NCBI GenBank assembly: GCA_030057915.1
Contig: JASGUC010000004.1
Location: 30,561 to 94,560 of the forward strand
Direction of reading: 5' to 3'
From: Pseudomonadota bacterium
GTDB taxonomy: Bacteria; Desulfobacterota; Syntrophia; Syntrophales; UBA8958
DNA: 64,000 nucleotides
Part shown: positions 27,256 to 36,579 of the stretch, piece by piece
Layout: each line of letters begins with the position of its first letter
Position numbering within the stretch: the stretch's first letter is position 1
The notes under the pieces: generated by a model
Database searches by the model: none
What the model was told of the DNA's origin: nothing
Seen by the model: only the letters and a program-made list of their open reading frames with translations
Program-made: the position numbers and the translations under genes

Positions 27256-28308
27256 TCACGCCGTAAGTTTCTCCCTTACCGCCTCCCAAACCTCATCCAC
27301 GCCAATCCCCTCCATGCACTCCCGGGTCGGACAGGTCTTCCGGAAACAGGGGCTGCAGGGCAGCTCCCTCCGGATTACGGCGTGCCCCGGCCCATAGGGA
27401 CCCGTGCGCCGGGGGTCCGTCGGCCCGAACAGGGCGACCACCGGCGTGCCTACCGCCGCGGCGATATGCATCGGGCCGGAATCGGTGGTGACGACCAGAG
27501 ACGCCCGACGGTACAGGCAGGCCAAATCCCGCAGGGATGTCTGGCCGGCGAGGTCGATCGCCCTCCGGGTCTTCAGGTCCCGGACAATGGCGGCGACATA
27601 GCCTTGTTCCTGACGACTGCCGGTGATTACCACGGAAAGATCCAGTTCCCGAACGATGCGCTCGGCCAGGGCGGCAAAGAGATCAGCCCGCCAGAGCTTC
27701 GTCGGCCATAGGGCCACGGGGTTTATCGCCACAAACGGCGCCTCCCCGTCAAGGCCGTTTTCGGCCAAGAGCGCGGTCGTTCCTTGCCGCCGCCGCTCGT
27801 CCCCGGGGATGAAAAACTCCGGCGGCCCAATCGGCGCCTCCCCCGCCTGCCCTGCCAGATAGGCCGGAAAGTCGAGATAGCGATCCACGGCGTGCTTGGA
27901 CATATCCTCCGGGATCCTTTCGTTATAGAACAGGCCGCTCCCCTCCTGTAGGCTGTCATAACCCAGCTTTCGGACGCCGCGGCTCATGCCGGTCAGAACG
28001 GCGCTCTTGAAGAGGCCGTGGAAGTCCACGACCAGATCGTAGCGCCGGGAGCGCAACTCGCGGAGGAACCGACGGATTTCACGGATGGCCTTCGCGATCT
28101 TTCCTGATCGTAACTCCTCCTGCCAGCGCTTGCGGTGGGAGACGAGGACCTGATCCAGGCAGGGATGGCCGCTGATCAGATCGGCCGCGGCCGCTTCGAT
28201 CACCCAGGTGATGTGGGCCCGGGGGTAGAGGCGGCGCAGGGCGGCCAGCGCGGGCAGGGTATGGACCACATCCCCGATGGCGCTCAACTTGATGATCAGG
28301 ATATTCAT
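27256..28308 (-). CDS. waaC: LPS heptosyltransferase I-like (GT9)
   Basis: MNILIIKLSAIGDVVHTLPALAALRR and TTDSGPMHIAAAVGTPVVALFGPTDPRRTGPYG. Confidence 0.8.
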   Translation of the reverse strand: MNILIIKLSAIGDVVHTLPALAALRRLYPRAHITWVIEAAAADLISGHPCLDQVLVSHRKRWQEELRSGKIAKAIREIRRFLRELRSRRYDLVVDFHGLFKSAVLTGMSRGVRKLGYDSLQEGSGLFYNERIPEDMSKHAVDRYLDFPAYLAGQAGEAPIGPPEFFIPGDERRRQGTTALLAENGLDGEAPFVAINPVALWPTKLWRADLFAALAERIVRELDLSVVITGSRQEQGYVAAIVRDLKTRRAIDLAGQTSLRDLACLYRRASLVVTTDSGPMHIAAAVGTPVVALFGPTDPRRTGPYGPGHAVIRRELPCSPCFRKTCPTRECMEGIGVDEVWEAVREKLTA

Positions 28309-28336
28309 GGCGACAGGGTGTCGGAGCAGGGGTTTT

Positions 28337-28927
28337 TCAAGGGTCTCCCTCCCTTCTGGCCAGGATCCAGCGGACGGCGGCGAGGATGTCCGGGGCGATA
28401 TGATCCGGAGTCACTGCGCCGAGGTCCGCGTTTTGGCCGTAACCGGTGCGGACGAGAATGCCCTTGCCCCCCGCCCGCTGTCCCGCCTCCACGTCCTTGG
28501 GCATATCGCCGATCATGTAGGAGCGGGACAGGTCGATGGCCAGCTCCGCCGCGGCCCGCAGCAGCATCCCTGGCGCGGGTTTCCGGCAGGGGCAGGATTG
28601 CCGGTATCCACCGATGCCCTCCGTCGGATGGTGGGGACAGAAATAATAACCATCGATGGCGGCCCCTTCTTTTCGTAACCTGCGCGACATCTCCGCATGC
28701 ACCTCCATCACGAAGGCCTCGTCAAACATCCCTCTCCCGATGCCGGACTGGTTGGTGATGACCACGGCTTTCATCCCGTCCCGATTGATGAGCCGCACGG
28801 CCTCGGCGGCGCCGGGAAGGAGACGGAGCTTGTCCATCCGGTCCAGATAGCCCACTTCCTCGTTGATCGTGCCGTCCCGATCCAGAAAGACGGCGGGGGA
28901 GGGCCTCATTGGCTTGAGTGTTCTCAT
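28337..28927 (-). CDS. gmhB: D-glycero-D-manno-heptose 1,7-bisphosphate phosphatase (HAD-IIIA)
   Basis: Motifs FLDRDGTIN, VVITNQSGIGRG, CPHHP...CPCRKPAPGML (Zn site) and IGDMPKDVEAG. Start trimmed to ATG 28927, because the upstream part of the track ORF reads into a MITE. Confidence 0.88.
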   Translation of the reverse strand: MRTLKPMRPSPAVFLDRDGTINEEVGYLDRMDKLRLLPGAAEAVRLINRDGMKAVVITNQSGIGRGMFDEAFVMEVHAEMSRRLRKEGAAIDGYYFCPHHPTEGIGGYRQSCPCRKPAPGMLLRAAAELAIDLSRSYMIGDMPKDVEAGQRAGGKGILVRTGYGQNADLGAVTPDHIAPDILAAVRWILARREGDP

Positions 28928-28945
28928 GGGTTTCACTTTATTGTC

Positions 28946-29066
28946 GAGACCTTTGAAAGATGTCATTTCGAGGAGCACAAGCGGCGAGAAATCCTAATCA
29001 TGGCAGTTTGTCAAAGATTTCTCCCTTCGGTCGCAATGACAAAAATGGCGGTTATTCAAAGCTCTC
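28946..29066 (+). mobile_element. 121-bp MITE (family 1), copy B
   Basis: Same element as 20383-20503. Flanked by the 5-bp direct repeat TTGTC. Its right end supplies the last codons and the stop of waaF. Confidence 0.85.
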
Positions 29067-30168
29067 TTGTCGTAAATGTCCTCTCCGCGAGGACGTCGTT
29101 TATGGCCGCCGCCACCTCGGCGACATCGATGAGTTTCATGCAGCGAAAGTCCGTTGGACAGACGGTCTTCAGACAGGGGCTGCAATCCACCGGCTTGCGG
29201 ATGATGATGTTCCTCCCGCCGGGAGGGGAGGTCGCATCGGGATTGGTAGAACCGAAGATCGCCACCGTGGGGACGTTCAGGGCGCCGGCGATGTGCATCA
29301 ACCCCGAGTCGTTGGTGAGAAAGACCCGGCACCGGGCGATGACGGCCATGACCTCCCGGACCGAGGTCCGTCCGGCGAGGTTCAGACAGCGGGCCGGCAT
29401 GGTCGCGGCGATGACATCGGTTGCCTCCCGATCCCGTTCGCTGCCGAGGAGGACAATCAGCGCTTCGGGGTAGTCTCGAAGCAAGGTCGCGGCCACGGCG
29501 GCGAAGCGTTCCGCCGGCCATCTCTTGGCGGGGCCGTAGGCGGCCCCCGGGGCCATGCCGACCAGCAGGGAATCCGCCGCCGCTCCGGGAAGCAGTGGGT
29601 CCGCCAGGGTCCTGGTGGCGGGACGGAGGGCGAGGCACAACTCGGGGCCGGTGTCGAGACAGCCCAGGGCCTTGACCATTTCCAGGTAGTAATGGATTTG
29701 ATGTACCCGACGAGCCGCCTTCGTCCGCTGGACGGCATGGGTCAGGAGCCAGCCCCGGGCGTCGGCGTCATAGCCGGCCCGCAGCGGTATCCTTGCCAGG
29801 CGGGCGATAATGGCGGCCTCGATGGCGTTCTGCAGGAGGATGGCCATGGCGTAACGCCGCTCCCGCAATTCCTGGGCGAGCAGCAGCTTGCCCATCGGTC
29901 CGGCGTGCCTGCCCGGTTCCTCGAATATGATCAGGTTGTCCACATCCCCCGCTTCCCGGTAAATGTCGGCTACCCACGGTTTGGCAAGCAGGGCAATCCG
30001 CGCCTGGGGCCAGGTCTTCCGGATGGCGGCCACGGCGGGCAGGGTCATCACCGCGTCGCCGATCCAGTTGGTTCCGCGGATGAGGATTCTATCGACGCCC
30101 TCCCGGGGGAGGCGCTTGTCTCCCCGGACCTTCAGGGGCGCCGCCAGTGCTGGTTTCTCTTTTTGCAT
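29056..30168 (-). CDS. waaF: LPS heptosyltransferase II-like (GT9)
   Basis: RILIRGTNWIGDAVMTLPAVAAIRK and FLTNDSGLMHIAGALNVPTVAIFGSTNP. Start trimmed to ATG 30168 (MQKEKPAL). Confidence 0.85.
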   Translation of the reverse strand: MQKEKPALAAPLKVRGDKRLPREGVDRILIRGTNWIGDAVMTLPAVAAIRKTWPQARIALLAKPWVADIYREAGDVDNLIIFEEPGRHAGPMGKLLLAQELRERRYAMAILLQNAIEAAIIARLARIPLRAGYDADARGWLLTHAVQRTKAARRVHQIHYYLEMVKALGCLDTGPELCLALRPATRTLADPLLPGAAADSLLVGMAPGAAYGPAKRWPAERFAAVAATLLRDYPEALIVLLGSERDREATDVIAATMPARCLNLAGRTSVREVMAVIARCRVFLTNDSGLMHIAGALNVPTVAIFGSTNPDATSPPGGRNIIIRKPVDCSPCLKTVCPTDFRCMKLIDVAEVAAAINDVLAERTFTTREL

Positions 30169-30188
30169 CCCCGTGGTTTCTCCCGTAT

Positions 30189-30322
30189 GAGTCCTTTGAA
30201 AAACGCCCTCTCCGAGTTCGTGTGCCACCCTGCCGGCGGCAGCCGGAATGCTTTGTTCACCAGGCATTCCCGACCCCGGATCATGCCGGGGCGGCGGGAA
30301 ATCGTCGCGTTTCAAAGGTCTC
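30189..30322. repeat. ~134-bp terminus-sharing repeat element
   Basis: Begins GAGTCCTTTGAAAAACG and ends CGTTTCAAAGGTCTC. Fills the waaF to lpxL-like intergenic gap. Confidence 0.6.
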
Positions 30323-30343
30323 GCTCGTAAAAATAGGCCCTCG

Positions 30344-31219
30344 CTACAACTGGCATTGTTTTGTCTTCCAGCGCTGGTGGAGCCAGAACCACTGGTCGGG
30401 GTAGCGTCGGACCATCGCCTCGACGACCTTGGTAAAACGCTGGGTGTTCGTGAATAGGTCGCGCTCGTAATCCCCCGTGTTGTCTATCGGGACGGGCGCC
30501 TGGACGATGAAGCGGTAAGTCCCGTCGGGCATCCGGGGCATGAAGGCGGGGATGACCGGTGCCCCCGTCCGCATGGCCAGCACGGCGAGGCCAACGGCGG
30601 TACAGGCCGGCCGGCCGAAAAAATCGACGAAGACGCCCTCCCGAACCGACACGTTCTGATCGCTCAGGATTCCTAACGCCTTGTTTTCCCCCAGGAGCCG
30701 GGTGATGGTCCTCCCCGAGCCGCCCTTGGGGATCAGGGAGTTGCCGTTGAGGGTCCGGACCCAGGAGGTGAGGTTTTCCAGGACCGGGCTGTCCAGGGGG
30801 CGATAGACGATGTTCATCGGTTGCCGCACCATGGGGAACGCCACGGTCATCATCTCCCAGTTGCCGAAATGGGCGACGATGGACAGCAGCCCCTTCCCCT
30901 TGGCAAGGGTGGCGTCGATGTGTTCCAGGCCTTCAAAGGTTACCCACTTGTGCACATTTTCCCGGTTGATGAAGGGAATCTCGAAAAAATCCGCCGCCAC
31001 CAGCCCCAGATGGCGGTAGGCGCCCTTGGCGATGGCGGTTATCTCCTTCAGGCTCTTCTTCGGGAAGGCGCGGTGGAGGTTGTGGAGGGTGATCAGGCGC
31101 TGTCTGGCCGAGGCGTGGTAGAAAAGGCGAAACAAGCCCCGAAACAGCCAGCGGCGGATCGCCAGGGGGATGGCCTTGAACAGGAAGATGATGATCGTGG
31201 TCGATTTATCCTTCTTCAT
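30344..31219 (-). CDS. Lipid A biosynthesis (Kdo)2-lipid IVA acyltransferase family protein (LpxL/HtrB-like)
   Basis: N-terminal TM segment, HFGNWEMM (HX4E acyltransferase motif) and ILSDQN. ATG 31219 overlaps the lpxK stop (ATGA). The upstream part of the track ORF is out-of-frame overlap. Confidence 0.85.
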   Translation of the reverse strand: MKKDKSTTIIIFLFKAIPLAIRRWLFRGLFRLFYHASARQRLITLHNLHRAFPKKSLKEITAIAKGAYRHLGLVAADFFEIPFINRENVHKWVTFEGLEHIDATLAKGKGLLSIVAHFGNWEMMTVAFPMVRQPMNIVYRPLDSPVLENLTSWVRTLNGNSLIPKGGSGRTITRLLGENKALGILSDQNVSVREGVFVDFFGRPACTAVGLAVLAMRTGAPVIPAFMPRMPDGTYRFIVQAPVPIDNTGDYERDLFTNTQRFTKVVEAMVRRYPDQWFWLHQRWKTKQCQL

Positions 31220-32337
31220 CCTTGCATGCGCTTTATCAGGGCGTCGAAGAAGGTCCCTTCTCCCGGGACCGTCCGGAGTTCGACGCGCAATATGTATATA
31301 TCGTTGTAGAATTCTTGAAAATCGCCAAGCTTTACCCCGTCCTTTTCCGTGGCGACGATCATTTCCGCCCGGAGCGTCCTCGCCTCCGCGGCGATCATCC
31401 GGACATCCCTTGCCTTGTAGAAATAATGGTCGGGGAAGGCAAGGAATTTTAACACCTTTGCGCCCAGGCGCCCGAGGGTGGCGGAAAATTTCTCCGGATT
31501 GGCGATGGCGGTGAAGGCAAGGACCCTCTTGTCCCGGAGGATTTCCGGGGGGAGGACGTCCCCGCCGCCTCCCGCCGTCAGACCGGTGGGATGGTAGCCG
31601 GCCCGGAACAACGGCCGGACGGCGTCGGCAAGACAGGCGGCGGCGTCCGCGGGGGGCCACCCGGCCGCCCCGGCCGTCGGGAAGGGCTCGACGTCCGTCT
31701 TGACCACGATGTCGGCCCGTCCCAGGGCAGGGCGCGGGTCCTCCCGGAGCGGGCCGGCCGGGAGGAGAAGCCGGTTGCCGAAGGGGGTCCGTCCGTCCAG
31801 CAGGAGGATGTCCACGTTGCGGGCCAGGCGGCGGTGCTGAAAGCCATCGTCCAGGAGCAGGACATCCGCGCCGAATCTCTCCACGGCGATCCGCCCGGAG
31901 ACGAAGCGCTCCGGCCCGGTGATGACGGGGACCCCGGGAAGACTGGCGGCAAGCAACGCCGGTTCGTCGCCGCCTTCCCGGGGAGAGAGGAGGCGCCGCG
32001 TCCCGTCGGAAACCACGTTGCCGCTGCCCGGTCGTCGGCCGCCGTACCCCCGGCTCAGCACGGCGGGATGAAAGCCCCTTGCCTGAAGGCCCCGGGCGAT
32101 AAGGATGGTCATGGGCGTCTTCCCCGTGCCGCCCACGGTGATGTTGCCGATGCTGATCACCGGGCGGGAGAGGCGGGCGATTGCGCCGGGATCGGAGTCA
32201 TAGCCCCGGTTGCGCCGGGCCGTGATCGCCCCGTAAACCCAGGAGAGGGGGGTCAGCGCCAGCAGTAGGGCCCGCTGCCGCCCACTGGGATTGCGGCTCT
32301 GCCAGAGATCGGTGAATATCGTCCGCATGGAATTCAT
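31216..32337 (-). CDS. lpxK: Tetraacyldisaccharide 4'-kinase
   Basis: P-loop VISIGNITVGGTGKTPM. Position between msbA and the acyltransferase gene. Confidence 0.9.
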   Translation of the reverse strand: MNSMRTIFTDLWQSRNPSGRQRALLLALTPLSWVYGAITARRNRGYDSDPGAIARLSRPVISIGNITVGGTGKTPMTILIARGLQARGFHPAVLSRGYGGRRPGSGNVVSDGTRRLLSPREGGDEPALLAASLPGVPVITGPERFVSGRIAVERFGADVLLLDDGFQHRRLARNVDILLLDGRTPFGNRLLLPAGPLREDPRPALGRADIVVKTDVEPFPTAGAAGWPPADAAACLADAVRPLFRAGYHPTGLTAGGGGDVLPPEILRDKRVLAFTAIANPEKFSATLGRLGAKVLKFLAFPDHYFYKARDVRMIAAEARTLRAEMIVATEKDGVKLGDFQEFYNDIYILRVELRTVPGEGTFFDALIKRMQG

Positions 32338-32451
32338 GACCCTTCATTATCCCCGCGGTCTCCTGGCGGGCATCCTGGTTTTCATGCCTCCCCGGGATGC
32401 CGTCTCGAGCCCGGCATGACGAGATAGGTCGTTTTTCCAAGCGCTCACGAC

Positions 32452-32572
32452 GAGACCTTGGAAAAATGTCATTTCGAGGAGCGCCAGCGACGAGAAATCC
32501 TAATCATGGCAGTTTGTCAAAGATTTCTCCCTTCGGTCGAAATGACAAAAATGGCGGTTATTCAAAGCTCTC
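32452..32572 (+). mobile_element. 121-bp MITE (family 1), copy C
   Basis: Same element as the other two copies. Flanked by the 5-bp direct repeat ACGAC. Its right end abuts and overlaps the msbA stop codon. Confidence 0.85.
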
Positions 32573-34304
32573 ACGACGGCGTTTCCTCCTCGGTGAACTG
32601 CGCACGGTAGAGCTTGAAGTACTCGCCCCGCTTGGCCAGCAGGGATTCGTGGTTCCCCTCCTCGACGATCCGCCCGTTGACCAGGACGACGATCCGGTCG
32701 GCGTTGCGGATCGTGGAGAGGCGGTGGGCGATGATCAGGGTCGTCCGTCCGGCCATGAGGTTGTCCAGGGCCTTTTGGACCTCGATCTCCGCCTCCGTGT
32801 CCAGGGAGGAGGTGGCCTCGTCTAGGATCAGGATCGGGGCGTCCTTGAGGATTGCCCGGGCGATGGAGATCCGCTGACGCTCCCCGCCGGAGAGCTTCGT
32901 CCCCTGCTCGCCGATGACCGTGTCGTACCCCTTGGGGAGTTGCATGATGAAGTCGTGGGCGTGGGCGGCCCGGGCGGCCCGGACGACCTCTTCCTCGCTC
33001 CGCTGGATGTCCCCGTAGGCGATGTTGTTCCGCACCGTATCGTTGAAGAGGATGGTCTGCTGGGTCACCATGGCGATCTGGCCCCGGAGGGACTCCACGG
33101 TGACGTCCCGGATATCGTGACCGTCGATGGCGATCCGGCCCGAGACGACGTCGTAAAAGCGGGGGATGAGATTCACCAGGGTGGTCTTGCCGCCCCCGCT
33201 CATGCCCACGAAGGCGACGACCTCCCCGGCCCGGATGGAGAGGTTCACGTCCTTCAATACGGGCGTCTCCTCATAGGCGAAGGTGACCTTTTCGATGTCG
33301 ATGCCCCGGGCGATCCTCGGGAGGGGGAGGGCCCCCTCGCGGTTGCCGATCTCCGGCGCCATGTCGATGATGCTGAAGACCCGCTGCGCCCCGGCGATGC
33401 CCTGCTGGATGGTGTTGTTCATGTTGGTGAGACGCTTTACCGGTTCGTAGAGCATGATCAGGGCCGTGAGGAAGGAAAAGAAGGTGCCCGGAGTGGCGCC
33501 GCCCTTGATTACCTGGAAGCCGCCGTAGAGGATGATGGCGGCGATGCCGATGCCGCCCAGAAACTCCATGAAGGGGCTCGCGGCGGCATTGATGGAGACG
33601 GCCTTGATATTCAATTTGAAGAAGCGCTCGTTCTCCTCGCCAAAGCGCTTGTTTTCATATTCCTCCATGCCGAAGGCCTTGACGATCCTCGTCCCGGAGA
33701 TCGTTTCGTGCAGCAGCGTCGTTAGGGCCCCCATGGTGATCTGGGTCCGGGTGGCCACGCTGCGCATCTTCTTGCCGAACTTGGCGATGGGATAGATGAT
33801 CAGCGGGAAGATGAGCATGGCGATGACGGCCAGTTTCCAATCCCGATAGAAGATGACGAAGATCAGGCCGAGGAGGGTGAACGTATCCTTGAACATCGTC
33901 GTCACGGCATCGGAGACGGCCCCCTGGAGGGTGCCGGCGTCGTTGGTGATCCGGGACATGAGGATCCCCGTGGGATGCCGGGTGAAGAAGGACAGGGATT
34001 GCTTCTGGATCTGCCGGTAGAGGCTGGCGCGCAGATCCGCCACGACCCGGAGCCCGATATAGTTCATCAGGACCATCTGTCCATAGCTGCACAGCCCCTT
34101 GGCCAGGTAGATGAAGATCACCGCCAGGGGTATCCAGACGAGCATCTGGGCGTCCTTCTTCAGGAAGATGCCGTCGAGGGCGGGTTTGACGAGAAAGGCC
34201 AGGGCGGAGGTTGACGTTCCGACCACGAGCATGCACAGCATGGCCAGGAGGAAACGCCCACCGTGGGGTTTGGCGAGTCTCAGAAGTCTCTTGAAAACAT
34301 CCAT
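32571..34304 (-). CDS. msbA: Lipid A export ABC transporter (permease/ATPase fusion)
   Basis: Six-TM N-terminal domain, Walker A GMSGGGKTT, signature LSGGERQRISIARA and Walker B ILILDEATS. Confidence 0.9.
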   Translation of the reverse strand: MDVFKRLLRLAKPHGGRFLLAMLCMLVVGTSTSALAFLVKPALDGIFLKKDAQMLVWIPLAVIFIYLAKGLCSYGQMVLMNYIGLRVVADLRASLYRQIQKQSLSFFTRHPTGILMSRITNDAGTLQGAVSDAVTTMFKDTFTLLGLIFVIFYRDWKLAVIAMLIFPLIIYPIAKFGKKMRSVATRTQITMGALTTLLHETISGTRIVKAFGMEEYENKRFGEENERFFKLNIKAVSINAAASPFMEFLGGIGIAAIILYGGFQVIKGGATPGTFFSFLTALIMLYEPVKRLTNMNNTIQQGIAGAQRVFSIIDMAPEIGNREGALPLPRIARGIDIEKVTFAYEETPVLKDVNLSIRAGEVVAFVGMSGGGKTTLVNLIPRFYDVVSGRIAIDGHDIRDVTVESLRGQIAMVTQQTILFNDTVRNNIAYGDIQRSEEEVVRAARAAHAHDFIMQLPKGYDTVIGEQGTKLSGGERQRISIARAILKDAPILILDEATSSLDTEAEIEVQKALDNLMAGRTTLIIAHRLSTIRNADRIVVLVNGRIVEEGNHESLLAKRGEYFKLYRAQFTEEETPS

Positions 34305-35450
34305 TCAAAGCATCTCCAAGGCCAGGCGGGCGGCCCGTCGCGAGGCCCCCGGGGCGCCCAGCTTTTCCCTGATACCGGCCAGTTCCTGTTTGATGCGGTC
34401 CTTCCTTGCCGCGTCGTTGAGGATGGCCAAGATTTCCCTTGCCATCCGGGGCGGATTCACGTCCCGCTGAATGAGTTCCGGGACCACGGTCTTGCCGGCG
34501 ATGATGTTCGCCAGGCCGATGTGGTCCACCTTCACGAATATCCGGCCCATGAGGTAGGTAAACGGCGATATCTTGTAAACGATGATCATGGGCACGCCGA
34601 TCAGGGCCGTTTCCAGGGTCGCCGTTCCCGAGGCTACCATGGCGGCGTCGCAGACGGCAAGCACATCGTAGATTTCGTTGCCGATTACCTTTACATCTAC
34701 TTGTTCCCGCCAGGGCCGGATCATCGCTTCCATGCCGTCCCGGTCCAGCGTGTCGGCAAGGGGCAGGACAAACTGGGCGGCGGGCAGTTCCCCCCTTATG
34801 ATCCCGGCGGCGGCCAGCATTTCCGGGAGGAGCTTCGTCGCCTCGCTGAGTCTGCTCCCCGGTAGGAGACCGATGACGGGGCCTCCCTCCCGAAGATCGA
34901 AGCGGCGGATGGCCTCGCCGCGGGGGCGTCTGGCATGGGCCACATCGAGGAGGGGATGACCCACGAATTCCACCGCCATGCCTTCCTGGCGATAGATCTC
35001 CGCCTCGAAGGGGAGGATTACCGCCATCCGGTCCACCGATTGTCGCAATTGCCTGATCCGGCCCCGCCGCCAGGCCCATACCTGGGGACTGATGTAGTAG
35101 AACACCCGGATGCCCCGCGCCTTTGCCGCTCGGGCCAGGGGCATGTTGAAATCGGGATAGTCGATGAGAATGGCCAGCGCCGGCTTCTCCTCCCTCAGTG
35201 ACCGCTTCAGCCGCCTCATGACGCCCAGGATCATCCCCAGCTTGGAAAAGACCTCCGTCAGGCCCACCACGGCCATGTCTCCGGCCCGGGCCAGGCAGCG
35301 AACCCCGGCCGCTTCCATCTTCGGGCCGCCGATTCCATAGAAAGCCAAACCGGGATCCATCTCCAGCATGCCGCGGACCAGATTGGCGCCGTGCAGGTCC
35401 CCCGAGGCCTCGCCGGCGACGATCAGGACCTTTTTCCCCTGAATTGTCAT
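34305..35450 (-). CDS. lpxB: Lipid-A-disaccharide synthase
   Basis: KVLIVAGEASGDLHGANLV and YISPQVWAWRRGR. Start trimmed to ATG 35450 (MTIQGKK). Confidence 0.9.
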   Translation of the reverse strand: MTIQGKKVLIVAGEASGDLHGANLVRGMLEMDPGLAFYGIGGPKMEAAGVRCLARAGDMAVVGLTEVFSKLGMILGVMRRLKRSLREEKPALAILIDYPDFNMPLARAAKARGIRVFYYISPQVWAWRRGRIRQLRQSVDRMAVILPFEAEIYRQEGMAVEFVGHPLLDVAHARRPRGEAIRRFDLREGGPVIGLLPGSRLSEATKLLPEMLAAAGIIRGELPAAQFVLPLADTLDRDGMEAMIRPWREQVDVKVIGNEIYDVLAVCDAAMVASGTATLETALIGVPMIIVYKISPFTYLMGRIFVKVDHIGLANIIAGKTVVPELIQRDVNPPRMAREILAILNDAARKDRIKQELAGIREKLGAPGASRRAARLALEML

Positions 35451-35604
35451 GTCAACCCAACGCCCGCCTCCGACGGAAACCCTCGGGAAAGAACGGCGGA
35501 GGCGTTTTCGCGCCGACGCCCACGCCCGGGGCGCGGCGCAACGAAAGATGATAATATCCAAGTAGTTGCCGACATGTTCCTTGAAGATACGGGGAGCGCC
35601 CCCG

Positions 35605-36579
35605 CTATTCCCTGTCTTCGCCCTGGAGGGAAAGGAGGAGTTCGTCCTGGGCCTTCTTCATCTCCCGGGAGATGTTCAACGCCAGCGCCAGGGCGTCGCG
35701 CCCGTCCCGACCGGTGACGGGAGGGGCGACGCCGTCTCGGACCGAGGCGACGAAGGCCCGGATCTCCGCCTCGAGGGGATCATGCATCATTACCTCCACG
35801 GCATTGTTGAAGATTTCCACCTTGCCGGCGTCGCTGGTCCTTCTTCCCAGCGAAACGAGGTCCCGCTTGCTGAAATCCACGGCATGATAGCCGTCAACAC
35901 CAAAAAAGCGAATCTTCTGCATCGTCTTCCCGGTCACCCGGCTGGCGGTGATGTTGGCGACGCAGCCGGAGGCGAATTTCAGGCGGACATTGGCGATGTC
36001 CACCTGATCGGAAAGGACGGACACGCCGACGGCGTCGATCGCGGCCACGGGCGATTTTACAAAATGCAGGATGATGTCCAGATCATGGATCATCAAATCC
36101 AGGATGACGTCCACATCCAGTCCCCTTTCGAAGAAGGGGTGGAGACGATGGGCCTCGATGAACAGGGGCCGTTGGATGGTCCCGGCCAGGGCGACAATGG
36201 CGGGGTTGAACCTTTCGATGAAACCTACCTGGAGGACCGCCCGGTTCCTTTCGGCGGCGGCGATCAGGGCGTCCGCCTCCGGGAGGGTCGTCGTGATGGG
36301 CTTTTCCACAAGGGTGGAGACGCCCGCCTCGAGGAACGTGAGGGCCGTTTCGTAATGGGCCGACGTGGGCGTGGCGATGCTCACGGCGTCCACCCGGCCC
36401 AGAAGCTCGCGGTGGTCCTTGAAGGCCAGGCATCCGTATTGGGCGGCGGCCCGTTGCGCCCGTTCCGCCACGATATCGGCGACGGCGACGATGCGACAGT
36501 TCGGGATCAGGGCGTACTTCCGCAGATGATAGTTGCCCAGATGGCCGATGCCGACCACGCCGATGCGGAGTTCGTCCAT
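35605..36579 (-). CDS. Gfo/Idh/MocA-family oxidoreductase embedded in the lpx operon (GnnA-like candidate)
   Basis: [22 protein letters not shown] Rossmann motif and LVEKPITTTLPEA (EKP motif). ATG 36579 overlaps the lpxA stop (TAATG). The rest of track ORF 35605-37191 is out-of-frame. Confidence 0.8.
   Translation of the reverse strand: MDELRIGVVGIGHLGNYHLRKYALIPNCRIVAVADIVAERAQRAAAQYGCLAFKDHRELLGRVDAVSIATPTSAHYETALTFLEAGVSTLVEKPITTTLPEADALIAAAERNRAVLQVGFIERFNPAIVALAGTIQRPLFIEAHRLHPFFERGLDVDVILDLMIHDLDIILHFVKSPVAAIDAVGVSVLSDQVDIANVRLKFASGCVANITASRVTGKTMQKIRFFGVDGYHAVDFSKRDLVSLGRRTSDAGKVEIFNNAVEVMMHDPLEAEIRAFVASVRDGVAPPVTGRDGRDALALALNISREMKKAQDELLLSLQGEDRE

Noticed and set aside
28960-29070. 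Recurrent peptide MSFRGA..RNPNHGSLSKISPFGRNDKNGGYSKL encoded at 20396, 28960 and 32466
   Set aside because: It is the translation of the 121-bp MITE. There is no independent RBS and the context differs at each copy. Its conservation is explained at the DNA level by the TIRs and palindrome.
33655-35079. 474-aa minus-strand ORF overlapping msbA and lpxB in another frame. The same problem affects track ORFs 30344-31660, 35605-37191 and 41608-42783, which are chimeras running upstream past the real starts.
   Set aside because: The recognisable proteins (MsbA, LpxB, the LpxL-like protein, the oxidoreductase, LolD) occupy other frames or start at internal ATGs that overlap the preceding stop. The extended parts are Arg/Gly/Pro-rich with no motifs.
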